From Armatimonadota bacterium (lineage in GTDB: Bacteria > Armatimonadota > UBA10988): a stretch of 64,000 bases of DNA. This document shows positions 37,177 to 46,758 of this stretch, piece after piece. Location: NCBI GenBank assembly GCA_016235455.1, contig JACRKZ010000079.1, positions 8,476 through 72,475 of the forward strand, written 5' to 3'. Each line of letters starts with the position of its first letter. Position 1 is the stretch's first letter. The notes beneath the pieces are model-generated. The model was given only the letters and a program-made list of their open reading frames with translations, had not been told where the DNA came from and made no database searches. The translations under genes and the position numbers were made by a program.

Positions 37177-38967
37177 CTAGCGCAGCTTGGCCACCGCGTA
37201 GTCGGCGGTGGTCTGGTAGTGCTCGCCGAAACCGCACGGGCTCAGGCTGGACATGACTGCCTCGTCCTTGACCTGGTCGCGGTCGTTGAACTGGAAGTCG
37301 AGCGCCAGCGTGCCGTCATCGGCCAGCCCGCCGCGCAACGAGGCCAGCGGGATCGAGATCTCGATGACATAGCCGCCGGGCCGCGGCTTCGCGGCGGTGA
37401 CCAGCCCCTCGGGGATGGGCCGCTTGTCCACGTACCAGTTTGGCTTGACCGAGTCGCCCGCACCCACCAGCGGCAGAATAAGCTGGCCACTGCCCAGGGC
37501 ATGCTTGCCATCGCGCTGTGCCGCCGGCCGTGCGTCCCAGAACAGCTCCATCCCATCGTTCTGCCAAGGCGCGGTGCCGTCCGTGCGGATCTGGTCGTCG
37601 CTGACGTCGGCGGCGACGTACAGCCGCTGGCCGTCATGCCCAGCCAGAAGCCGGACCGCATGGTCGGCCGGCCCGGTCCAGTTGGCCGCGCCCGCATAGA
37701 CCAGCGACTTGTCGGCCAGCGTCTGCCCCTTGGCCTTGCCCCAGTCAGCCAGAGCGCCATCGATAGTCATGCGGCCCAGCCGGGGCAACGCCATGGTGCG
37801 CGCCATGCGCAGCGTCTGCCGCACGGTACGCCGGTACTCGGCGCCGCCAGCCGCGGTCAGCCGGAACACGGCGGCCACGTCCAAGCGCGACGGATTGGCC
37901 TTGGTCGGCTTGACCTGGACCGCGATGCGCTCGTTGCCGCCGGCGGCGAGTGCGACGGTCCGGCTTGCCGGCTCGCAGCGCCAGTCGCCGCCGCTGAGCG
38001 TCAGGTCGACGGCGGCGGCGCGGTCCAGGGGATTGGCCAGCGTGATGGCCAGCTCACCGCCGCCAGTAGGCAGCGCGCTGACGCCGAGCCGGCAGAGCTG
38101 GTCCAGTTCCGCCAGCGCCGGCCGGGTCAGCGCCTCGCCGGCCTGCATCTGGTCGATCGGCGCCACGGTGAGGCGCGGCTCGCCCTGATCCACGCTGACC
38201 TGCATGAGCAGGCGCTCCGAACCCGACGTGTCGGCATCGGTGCCCGCGCCGGTGCAGCCCATGACGTAGGTGGGGATGCCATCCTGCACACCGAAGCTCA
38301 TCTGGTGCCAGTGGCCATTGATGATGGTCGTCTTGGCCGGATCGAGTCGCTTGGCCAGTTCTGCCCAGAACGGCTTGAGCTCCCAGGCCGGGCGGTGGTA
38401 GACGACGAAGGTGTGCTTGGCCCCCTTGGCCTTGGCCAGGTCGGCCTCGAGCCAGGTGATCTGCTCGGCCAGCAACTCGGGCTTGAGGATACCGTCGTTG
38501 ACCGCCAGCACCACGAAGTGGCAATCGCGGTAGTCGAAGCTGTAGTAGGCCCGGCCGTCGACACCATGGCGCTTGAGGTAGATGCCATACATGGTCTGGT
38601 TGGTCGTGTCGTGGTTGCCCGGCACATAGAAGAACGGGCTGCGCAGTTGGCTGTTCTCCGCCTCGAAGTCGTCCCACATGCTGTTGATCGCCGCGGGATT
38701 CTCGATGTAGCCCTCGATCAGGTCGCCGACACACAGCACGAAGTCGGGCCGCAGCCGGTTCACGATGTCCACGGCATGCGCCCAACGCCCCGGCTCATGG
38801 CCGCCGGTGTTGTCGCCGAGAACGACGAAGGAGAAAGCCGAGCCGCTGTTGGGCGCCAGGCCGGGATACCCGGCAATGCCCGCCAACTCAGCCGGCGTAT
38901 TGGCCGCCAACAGCCCCAGAACCGCCCCCAGCAGCGCCGCGCTGGCCCATGCCGACCGCTTGACCAT
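37177..38967 (-). CDS. Secreted metallophosphoesterase fused to a CBM9-like sugar-binding domain
   Basis: LGDNTG, VGDLIEG, PGNHD, YHRP, NGHWH; C-terminal IDGALADW...LYVAADVSDD...WQNDGMELFWD...YVIEISIP...FNDRD. Confidence 0.82.
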   Translation of the reverse strand: MVKRSAWASAALLGAVLGLLAANTPAELAGIAGYPGLAPNSGSAFSFVVLGDNTGGHEPGRWAHAVDIVNRLRPDFVLCVGDLIEGYIENPAAINSMWDDFEAENSQLRSPFFYVPGNHDTTNQTMYGIYLKRHGVDGRAYYSFDYRDCHFVVLAVNDGILKPELLAEQITWLEADLAKAKGAKHTFVVYHRPAWELKPFWAELAKRLDPAKTTIINGHWHQMSFGVQDGIPTYVMGCTGAGTDADTSGSERLLMQVSVDQGEPRLTVAPIDQMQAGEALTRPALAELDQLCRLGVSALPTGGGELAITLANPLDRAAAVDLTLSGGDWRCEPASRTVALAAGGNERIAVQVKPTKANPSRLDVAAVFRLTAAGGAEYRRTVRQTLRMARTMALPRLGRMTIDGALADWGKAKGQTLADKSLVYAGAANWTGPADHAVRLLAGHDGQRLYVAADVSDDQIRTDGTAPWQNDGMELFWDARPAAQRDGKHALGSGQLILPLVGAGDSVKPNWYVDKRPIPEGLVTAAKPRPGGYVIEISIPLASLRGGLADDGTLALDFQFNDRDQVKDEAVMSSLSPCGFGEHYQTTADYAVAKLR

Positions 38968-38986
38968 GGTTCTCGCTCTCCAGACA

Positions 38987-39070
38987 GCCAGTATAGCCCA
39001 GAGGTAACGTTGTGCTCAACGGCGCACTACGCGCTACGCGCTCGGAGCGCGCACCCGCTGGTATACTGGC
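38987..39070. promoter_or_regulatory. Back-to-back -10-like boxes for divergent genes
   Basis: TATACTGGC on the - strand (38987-38995) and on the + strand (39062-39070, preceded by TGG). The + box ends 7 nt before ATG 39075, which has no RBS. Confidence 0.5.
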
Positions 39071-39074
39071 AAGC

Positions 39075-40778
39075 ATGGCACCTGAGCTGAGCGCCACCGC
39101 GGAGCGCAATCTGGCGCGCTGGCGCAGCGCCCCCCACTTGGCCGAACACCGGGCCGCGCTGACATCGTTCCTGGCAGCCGCTTCGACCGCGGAGGTCGAG
39201 GACGCCTTTGGCGCCGATCTGCCCTTTGGCACCGCCGGCCGACGCGGCTGCGAGGGCGTGGGTCCGAACCGCATCAACGCGCGCACCATCGCCGAGAGCG
39301 CCGCCGGCCTCGCGGTGCTGCGGCCCAGTCTGGCCGTGGTGGGCTATGACGGCCGCGCACATAGCCGCGAGTACGCCCTGCTCAGCGCCGAGGTGCTGCT
39401 GGCCGCCGGCGCGCGCGTCGAGCTGTTCGCGCAGGCTTGCGCCACGCCGCAGTTGGCCCACCGCGCCACGACCGCCGGCGCGCAGGCCGCGGTGATGATC
39501 ACCGCCAGCCACAACCCCGCGGACCACAACGGCTTCAAGGCCTTCGGCCCCCATGGCGGCCAGATCGTGCCGCCGCTGGACCGCCAGGTCATGGCCGCGG
39601 TGGTCGGGCAGGCCGACCTGCCTATCGGCCGCATGCCGCTGGCCACGGCGCTGGCCGAAGGCCGGGCACGCTGGGTGACCCGTGCCGACGACGAGGCCTA
39701 CCTGGCCTACGTGGCCCGCCAGGCCGGCGCCGGTCCGCGCGACTGCCGCCTGGTGTTCAGCGCGTTGCAGGGAGTGGGTGGCAGGACGGTACCCGCCGTG
39801 CTCGAACGCGCGGGGTTCACCGCCGTGGCGCTGGTGGCCAGCCAGGCGGAGCCGTCGCCGCTCTTCGAGACACTGCCGGACGGCATCGCCAACCCCGAGG
39901 CGCCCGAGGCGCTGGCCCAGCTCATCGCCGCCTGCGCGCAGCAGGACGCCGACGCCGGCCTGGCCGCCGATCCCGACGCCGACCGGGTGGGCCTGGTGGC
40001 GCGCGACCCCGACTCGCCCCACGGCTACCGCTTCTTCCGCGGCTACGAACTGGCCGCGCTCATCGCGCAGCACACCATCGTCCGTCGCGCTCGCGATGGC
40101 CGTCTGCCCGCGGGCAGCGTGGTGCTGCGGTCGGTGGTCGGCTCGCGCTTCATCGATGCCGTCGCCGCGGAGTACGGGGTGCGCGTCATCGGCGACCTGC
40201 CCATCGGCTTCAAGTGGTGCGGCGAGCTGCAGGCCGACCGACTTGGCGAAGAGCACTTCGTCGCCGCGCTGGACGAGAGCCACGGCTTCAACCGCGGCGT
40301 GGCCGTGCGGGACAAGGATGCCGCCTCCGCGGCGCTGGCCCTGGCCGAGATTGTCGCGGACTGCCGCGCCGAAGGCATCACCGTGAGCCAGCGGCTGGCT
40401 GGGCTCCACACGCGCTACGGCGCTCGCGCCGAGCAGGTCTTTGGCCTGCGCATGGCCAGTGCCGAGGCCATGGGCCAGTTCGTCGACCGACTGCGCTCGC
40501 ACCCGCCGAGCACGCTGCTGGGTCGGCGGGTGTCCACGATTGTCGACCGCCTGAACGATCCGTGGACGAGCAGCGTTTCGGGTATGGCGGTACCTGAGAA
40601 CTTTCTGATGCTCGAGCTCGCGGGAGACGACACGACGGGCAATGCGCTCGTTGGCGTGCGGCCCAGCGGCACCGAGCCCAAACTGAAGATCTACGCCCTG
40701 GCGGGCGGCCGAGCAGAGCAGCGGGCGGAACTGGATAACTGGGTCCAGTCGGTTCCCGACGCGATGACAGTGTTGTAA
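39075..40778 (+). CDS. Phosphoglucomutase/phosphomannomutase family phosphosugar mutase
   Basis: FGTAGRRG, GYDGR, ITASHNP, DPDADR, IGFKW, VRDKD, RPSGTEPKLKIY. Confidence 0.93.
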   Translation: MAPELSATAERNLARWRSAPHLAEHRAALTSFLAAASTAEVEDAFGADLPFGTAGRRGCEGVGPNRINARTIAESAAGLAVLRPSLAVVGYDGRAHSREYALLSAEVLLAAGARVELFAQACATPQLAHRATTAGAQAAVMITASHNPADHNGFKAFGPHGGQIVPPLDRQVMAAVVGQADLPIGRMPLATALAEGRARWVTRADDEAYLAYVARQAGAGPRDCRLVFSALQGVGGRTVPAVLERAGFTAVALVASQAEPSPLFETLPDGIANPEAPEALAQLIAACAQQDADAGLAADPDADRVGLVARDPDSPHGYRFFRGYELAALIAQHTIVRRARDGRLPAGSVVLRSVVGSRFIDAVAAEYGVRVIGDLPIGFKWCGELQADRLGEEHFVAALDESHGFNRGVAVRDKDAASAALALAEIVADCRAEGITVSQRLAGLHTRYGARAEQVFGLRMASAEAMGQFVDRLRSHPPSTLLGRRVSTIVDRLNDPWTSSVSGMAVPENFLMLELAGDDTTGNALVGVRPSGTEPKLKIYALAGGRAEQRAELDNWVQSVPDAMTVL

Positions 40779-40793
40779 TGGAGGTTCGGCGCG

Positions 40794-41417
40794 ATGGCAC
40801 CCCGGAATGATCGGGAAGCGAAGATGACGGACGCACAGCTAGTAGCCGCCGTGATCGCGGGAGACACCGAAGCCTACGCGCTGCTGGTCGACCGCTATCA
40901 GGACCGCGTCGTCAGCGCCGCCTACCACATCGTGGGCGACCGCGACGCCGCGGAGGATCTGGCTCAAGACACCTTTGTCGAGGGCTTCAAGTCCATCCGG
41001 CGCTTGCGTGACCCGGCCCGGGCCGGCGCCTGGTTCCACGGCATCGCCCAGCGCTTGTGCTACAAGTGGCTGCGGCGGAACACGCGTGTCAGCAACGTGG
41101 AGACCGAGCAGTTCGACCTGTTGGCCGCGCCCGAGGTCAAGCCGGACGAGCCGGGCGATCTGGTGCATCTGCTGGGCGAACTGCCCGCGCAGTACCGCCA
41201 GGTGCTCGCTGCCAGGTACCTGGAAGACCTGGAATACGAAGAGATCGCCGAGCAACTCGGCACCACGGTCAACAACATCAGAGTTCGTGTGCATCGCGCC
41301 AAGAGCCGGCTCCGTGAGCTGTTCGAGGCGGTCGATGCCAAGCGGCGGGTCCAAGAGCAGTCGCGGCTGGAACAGTCGCGTCTGCGTGTGGTCCGCGGCA
41401 ACGGAGGAGCGGCATGA
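40794..41417 (+). CDS. ECF-subfamily RNA polymerase sigma factor
   Basis: GGAGG RBS; region 2 DAAEDLAQDTF...AWFHGIA; region 4 LPAQYRQVLAARYLEDLEYEEIAEQLGTTVNNIRVRVHRAK. Confidence 0.93.
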   Translation: MAPRNDREAKMTDAQLVAAVIAGDTEAYALLVDRYQDRVVSAAYHIVGDRDAAEDLAQDTFVEGFKSIRRLRDPARAGAWFHGIAQRLCYKWLRRNTRVSNVETEQFDLLAAPEVKPDEPGDLVHLLGELPAQYRQVLAARYLEDLEYEEIAEQLGTTVNNIRVRVHRAKSRLRELFEAVDAKRRVQEQSRLEQSRLRVVRGNGGAA

Positions 41418-42118
41418 ACAAGGCATGGCGCGACCGCCTGGCGGCGTATGACGACGAGCACCTCGATGAACGCGAGCGAGCCGCGCTGGACCTGCTGCTC
41501 GACTCCGACGCCGAGGCTCGGCAGTACCTGGCCAGCCTGCGCGAGGATCGCCAGCGCTACTGCGAGGCGCTGGCCACGGTCACGGCGCGCCCTGGGTTCA
41601 CCTCCGCGGTCATGGTTCGCGTGAACCACACCCAGACCGTCTGGTGGCGCCAGGTAGTCACGATGGTCCGGCCGAGAGCACTGGAAGTCTGCGCCGCGGG
41701 GCTGATGGTGATGGTCGGGCTGGCGCTGGTGCCCAGCGACCGCACCAACGCCGCGCACCAGACCTGTCTGAACAACCTGCGCACGCTGGGTCGCGGGCTG
41801 CTGGCCTACAGCGAGGATTGGGACCATCGTCTGCCCGACAGCTCGAGCTGGGTGCAGGCCGTCTCCAGCTACGGCCGGTCGGGCAACGCTCTGACCTGCC
41901 CGCTCGACACCCGCGCTGGCGACCGGGGCAGCCGGCTGGTCAGCTACGGCATGCCCGGCAGCCTGAGCGGGGCCAGCGTGTCCAGCCTGCCCGATCCCAG
42001 CGCACAGGTGACTCTGCGCGACGCCGAGGGCCTGTTCGTCAAACCGCGCCATGGCAACAGCGCCAACGCCGCCTTTGGCGATGGCCACGTGGCGCCGGTC
42101 AGCGTGCCCGGACCCTGA
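41414..42118 (+). CDS. Putative anti-sigma factor fused to a DUF1559/H-X9-DG pilin-like domain
   Basis: ATGA overlap with the ECF gene; N-terminal RLAAYDDEHLDERERAALDLLLDSDAEARQYLASL (anti-sigma-like); one TM segment; CLNNLRTLGRGLLAYSEDWD, TCPLD, SYGM, RHGNSANAAFGDGHV. Confidence 0.75.
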   Translation: MNKAWRDRLAAYDDEHLDERERAALDLLLDSDAEARQYLASLREDRQRYCEALATVTARPGFTSAVMVRVNHTQTVWWRQVVTMVRPRALEVCAAGLMVMVGLALVPSDRTNAAHQTCLNNLRTLGRGLLAYSEDWDHRLPDSSSWVQAVSSYGRSGNALTCPLDTRAGDRGSRLVSYGMPGSLSGASVSSLPDPSAQVTLRDAEGLFVKPRHGNSANAAFGDGHVAPVSVPGP

Positions 42119-42156
42119 CTTGACCGCGGCGGCGGCCGACGACTAAGATGCGGGCC

Positions 42157-42723
42157 ATGAACAGCCTGTATCATGCCAACCTGGCCGCCGCCGTTGACGC
42201 CTTCCACAACGCCGCCGCCCTCGAACCCGCTGTCGAGGCCGCCGCTGACATACTTGCCGACGCCTATCGTGCCGGTCGCAAGGTGCTGGTCTGCGGCAAC
42301 GGTGGCAGCGCCGCCGAGGCCGCCCATCTGGCCACCGAGTTCGTGGTGCGTTTCCTGGCCGACCGCCGCGCTTTGCCCGCCATCAGCCTCACCGCCAGCG
42401 GCGCCGACCTCACCGCCATTGGCAACGACTACAGCTTCGAGCAGATCTTCAGCCGCCAGGTGGAGGCTTACGGCCAGCCCGGCGACGTGTTGATGGTCTT
42501 CAGTTCCTCGGGCAACAGCGAGAACCTGCGATTGGCGCTCCAGGCCGCCAATGGGCAGGGCCTGAAGTCGGTCTCGCTCCTGGGCCGCGATGGCGGGTTC
42601 TGCGCGGGGCTGGCAACGGTCGACGTGGTCGTCGCGGAGAGCGTCACAGCCCGTATCCAGGAGGTGCATCTGCTCATCCTGCACACGCTGTGTGGGTTGG
42701 TCGAACAGCGGCTTTTCGGCTGA
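42157..42723 (+). CDS. gmhA: D-sedoheptulose-7-phosphate isomerase
   Basis: CGNGGSAAEAAH, IGNDYSFEQIFSRQV, SSSGNSEN, TARIQEVH; TAAGAT 7 nt upstream of the ATG. Confidence 0.88.
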   Translation: MNSLYHANLAAAVDAFHNAAALEPAVEAAADILADAYRAGRKVLVCGNGGSAAEAAHLATEFVVRFLADRRALPAISLTASGADLTAIGNDYSFEQIFSRQVEAYGQPGDVLMVFSSSGNSENLRLALQAANGQGLKSVSLLGRDGGFCAGLATVDVVVAESVTARIQEVHLLILHTLCGLVEQRLFG

Positions 42724-42747
42724 GCCAGACTAGCTACACCCACCGGC

Positions 42748-42806
42748 TACGCAGATCACACGGGTGGCCGATCCGATCATCTGTGTGATCTGCGTAATCT
42801 GCGGAT
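42748..42806. repeat. REP-like palindrome built from ATCTGCG units (copy 1)
   Basis: TACGCAGATCACAC (42748-42761) pairs with GTGTGATCTGCGTA (42783-42796); right side reads ATCTGTGTG-ATCTGCGTA-ATCTGCGGAT. Confidence 0.8.
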
Positions 42807-42839
42807 GGCCTGGGTTCAATCAGGGCCACTGCGTAGAGT

Positions 42840-44663
42840 CTACGCCCGCTTGGCCGCCTGCTTGCGCTTCTCGTGGTCGAGGATGCGCTTGCGCAGCCGC
42901 AGGCCCTTGGGCGTCACTTCCAGCAGCTCATCGTTGGACATGTACTCGATGGCCTCGTCCAGCGAGAAGATGCGCGGCGGCGCCAGGCCGACGGTGATCT
43001 CGGAGAACGACTTGCGGTGGTTGGTCAGGTGCTTGGCCTTGCAGACGTTGACCACCAGATCCTCGTCGCGGTAGTACTGGCCCACCACCATGCCACCGTA
43101 GACCTTGTCTTCGGGCGTGCAGAAGAGGATACCGCGCTCCTGCACATTGGTCAGAGCGTAGCCCGTCACCGTGCCGGTCTCCATGGCCACCAGCGAGCCG
43201 TGCTCGCGGTCGCCCAGCTCGCCGGCGAACGGCTCGTAGCCGTGGAACAGGGTATGCACCACGCCGGTGCCGCGGGTGGACATGAGGAACGGCTGGCGGA
43301 AGCCCAGCATGCCGCGGGTGGGCACCTGGTACTCGGAGTAGGCCGTGCCGTCTTCGCCGGTGCGCAGCGACAGCATGATGCCGCGGCGCTTGCCCATCAT
43401 CTCGCTGACCGTGCCGTGGTAGTCGCCGCCGACCTCGAGGAAGACGTGCTCGACCGGCTCCAATCGGCCGCCGTTGGGGCCGACCTTGAAGATGACTTCG
43501 GGCTTGCTGACCGCGAACTCATAGCCCTCACGGCGCATGGTTTCGATGAGGATGGCCAGGTGCAGCTCGCCACGACCGGAGACCAGGAAGCGGTCGGCAC
43601 TGTCGGTGTCTTCCACACGCAGCGCCACGTTGCTCTCCAACTCACGCTGCAGGCGATCGCGGAGCTGGCGGCTGGTGACGAATTGGCCCTCGCGCCCGGC
43701 GAACGGGCTGTCGTTGACCGCGAAGGTCATGCGCACCGTGGGCTCTTCGACGGTGATCGGCGGCAAAGGCCGCGGGTCGGCGGGATCGGCGATGGTGTCG
43801 CCGATGCCGAGGTCGGACACGCCGCAGATGGCGATGATGTCGCCGGCATGGACCTCGGGTTGCTCGGACCGCTTCAGGTCGCGGAAAGTGAAGACCTGGT
43901 TGACCTTGCCGTTGGACGGGTTGCCCTCGTGGTCGATGCGCACCACGTTCTGGCCGCCGCGCAGCGAACCACTCCACAACCGGCCGATGCCGATCTTGCC
44001 GATGTAGTTGTCGTAGGCCAGTGAGGTGATGAGCATGCGCGCGGGTGCATCTGGCTCCACCAGCGGCGCCGGCAGGTGCGTGACGATGGTCTCGAACAGA
44101 GCGTCGAGGTTGGGTTCCAGCGCGTCGGGCGTGCGTCCAGAGTGGCCGTCCAGCGCGATGGTATAGATGACCGGGAACTCAGCCTGCTCGTCCGTGGCGC
44201 CCAGGTCGATGAACAGGTCGAAAGTGGCGTTGACCACCCACTCGGGCCGCGCCGCGGGTCGGTCGATCTTGTTGACCACAACGATCGCTTTGTGCCCCTT
44301 CTCCAGCGCCTGTCGCAGCACGAAGCGGGTCTGGGGCATAGGCCCCTCCACCGCATCGACCAACAGCAGCACGCCGTCGACCATGTTCATCACGCGCTCG
44401 ACCTCGCCGCCGAAGTCAGCGTGGCCGGGCGTGTCGACGATGTTGATGGTCGTATCGTGGTAGATGACCCCGGTGTTCTTGGCCAGGATGGTGATGCCGC
44501 GCTCACGCTCCAGGTCGCCCGAGTCCAGGACGCGCTCGGCGACCTCCTGGTTGGCGCGGAAGACGTTGGTCTGCTTGAGCATGCCGTCGACGAGGGTGGT
44601 CTTGCCATGGTCGACGTGAGCGATGATGGCCAAGTTGCGAAGGTCGTTGCGTAGTTGGGGCAT
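42840..44663 (-). CDS. typA: Translational GTPase TypA/BipA
   Basis: [54 protein letters not shown]; 607 aa. Confidence 0.97.
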   Translation of the reverse strand: MPQLRNDLRNLAIIAHVDHGKTTLVDGMLKQTNVFRANQEVAERVLDSGDLERERGITILAKNTGVIYHDTTINIVDTPGHADFGGEVERVMNMVDGVLLLVDAVEGPMPQTRFVLRQALEKGHKAIVVVNKIDRPAARPEWVVNATFDLFIDLGATDEQAEFPVIYTIALDGHSGRTPDALEPNLDALFETIVTHLPAPLVEPDAPARMLITSLAYDNYIGKIGIGRLWSGSLRGGQNVVRIDHEGNPSNGKVNQVFTFRDLKRSEQPEVHAGDIIAICGVSDLGIGDTIADPADPRPLPPITVEEPTVRMTFAVNDSPFAGREGQFVTSRQLRDRLQRELESNVALRVEDTDSADRFLVSGRGELHLAILIETMRREGYEFAVSKPEVIFKVGPNGGRLEPVEHVFLEVGGDYHGTVSEMMGKRRGIMLSLRTGEDGTAYSEYQVPTRGMLGFRQPFLMSTRGTGVVHTLFHGYEPFAGELGDREHGSLVAMETGTVTGYALTNVQERGILFCTPEDKVYGGMVVGQYYRDEDLVVNVCKAKHLTNHRKSFSEITVGLAPPRIFSLDEAIEYMSNDELLEVTPKGLRLRKRILDHEKRKQAAKRA

Positions 44664-44679
44664 AGTTCTCTAGATCACA

Positions 44680-44749
44680 ATCCGCAGATACCGCAGACGC
44701 GGGCAGACAGACGTTCCATCATCTGCGCACATCTGCGATATCTGCGGAT
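44680..44749. repeat. REP-like palindrome built from ATCTGCG units (copy 2)
   Basis: ATCCGCAGATA (44680-44690) pairs with TATCTGCGGAT (44739-44749); right side reads ATCTGCGCAC-ATCTGCGAT-ATCTGCGGAT. Confidence 0.8.
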
Positions 44750-44774
44750 GATATGGTGGTCTCGGTAGCCGAGA

Positions 44775-45836
44775 TCAGACGCTGATGCTGACTTCCTTAC
44801 CCTCGGCGGCCGACTGGTAGATGGCGTCGAGGATGCTCTGCAGCACGTAGCCCTGGCGGCCGTCGGTGCGCAGCTTGAGGCTCTTGTCCTGCACGCAGGC
44901 GGCAAAGTGCTCGTGTTGCGCGGTGAAGCTGTCCGGCTTCTTGTACTGCGGGGTGATGTCGGCGATGAAGCCGTTGTCCTCGGTGATGATCTTGATGTAG
45001 CTGCCGGGGCTCAACTCGATGCCGCCCTTGTCGCCCATCATGCGCAGGTCCATGCCGTCGCTGGTGTTCGCGGCCCAAGAGGCCTGGATCATCATCGAAG
45101 CGCCGTTCTCGAAGCGGATCAGCGCGCAGGCCAGGTCGTCCACGTCGAACGGGCCGCCGGCCACGGGCATGCCCCACATGCTCAGATAGTTGTAGGTCTC
45201 GGGGTTCGAGCCGAAGCGCGCGTGGGCCACGGCGCTGGCGGCGATCGGCTTGGGCTGGCCCATGAGGTAGTGGGTCAGGTCGATCATGTGCACGCCGATG
45301 TCGATCAGCGCGCCACCGCCGGCCACAGCCTTGGTGGTGAACCACGAACCCAGACCGGGGATGCCGCGGCGGCGCCAGATCTGCACGGTCGAGTGGTAGA
45401 TCTCGCCCAGGCGGCCCGAGTCGAGGTAGGTCTTGGCGGTCTCGGCCTCGCCCGTGAAGCGGTTGTTCAGGCCGAACTGCAGGCGCACGCCCTTCTTCTC
45501 GGCCAGGTCCCACATCGCCTTGGCTTCGCCCGCGTTCATCGCCGGCGGCTTCTCGCACAGCACGTTGCAGCCAGCCTCGAGCGCGGCCAGGGTGGCGGGC
45601 GCATGGAAGGCGTTGGGCACGGCCACGACCACGCAGTCCAGGTTCTCCTTGGCCAGCATGTCGGCGTAGCTGTCGTACTCGGCGGGGATGCCAAACTTGG
45701 CGACCGTCTCGGCGCGAACCTTCTCCGACGGGTCGGCGATGGCGGCAACCATCGTGTCAGTCCGGGCGTTGATGCGCTCGGCGTGCTGCCGGGCAATGGT
45801 GCCGGCGCCAACGATACCATACCGTAGCTTGCTCAT
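44775..45836 (-). CDS. Gfo/Idh/MocA-family oxidoreductase
   Basis: GIVGAGTIA, VPNAFH, LCEKPP, RRRGIPG, GGGALIDIGVHMID. Confidence 0.93.
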   Translation of the reverse strand: MSKLRYGIVGAGTIARQHAERINARTDTMVAAIADPSEKVRAETVAKFGIPAEYDSYADMLAKENLDCVVVAVPNAFHAPATLAALEAGCNVLCEKPPAMNAGEAKAMWDLAEKKGVRLQFGLNNRFTGEAETAKTYLDSGRLGEIYHSTVQIWRRRGIPGLGSWFTTKAVAGGGALIDIGVHMIDLTHYLMGQPKPIAASAVAHARFGSNPETYNYLSMWGMPVAGGPFDVDDLACALIRFENGASMMIQASWAANTSDGMDLRMMGDKGGIELSPGSYIKIITEDNGFIADITPQYKKPDSFTAQHEHFAACVQDKSLKLRTDGRQGYVLQSILDAIYQSAAEGKEVSISV

Positions 45837-45906
45837 CTACCTCTGACCTCTGCTACGGCAAGGGTAGCACCATCTGAGCGCCTGCCAAGTCCCTTTTGTG
45901 ACAGCA

Positions 45907-45949
45907 ACGGGCCGTCGAGCCGTGCCCGGAGGGTGGCTCGACGGCCCGT
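45907..45949 (-). terminator. Strong hairpin downstream of the DUF1559 gene (probable terminator)
   Basis: 15-bp perfect stem ACGGGCCGTCGAGCC / GGCTCGACGGCCCGT; weak U-tract. Confidence 0.65.
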
Positions 45950-45972
45950 GCACCGAGGCGCGCGTAGCCTGC

Positions 45973-46665
<693 letters not shown>

Positions 46666-46758
46666 TGGCTCCTTGGGCACCAGACACCTGGCGCCCTGAG
46701 AAGTATGTGAGCGAGGAGCCTCGCGCAACAGACATTTTGTATCGCACTGTATGCGGAT

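Noticed and set aside
36355-39090. 911-aa + strand ORF, and similar long ORFs at 27422-29590, 47251-49041 and 53558-55708
   Set aside because: Antisense shadows of well-supported genes, expected from high-GC codon bias; no recognisable motifs.
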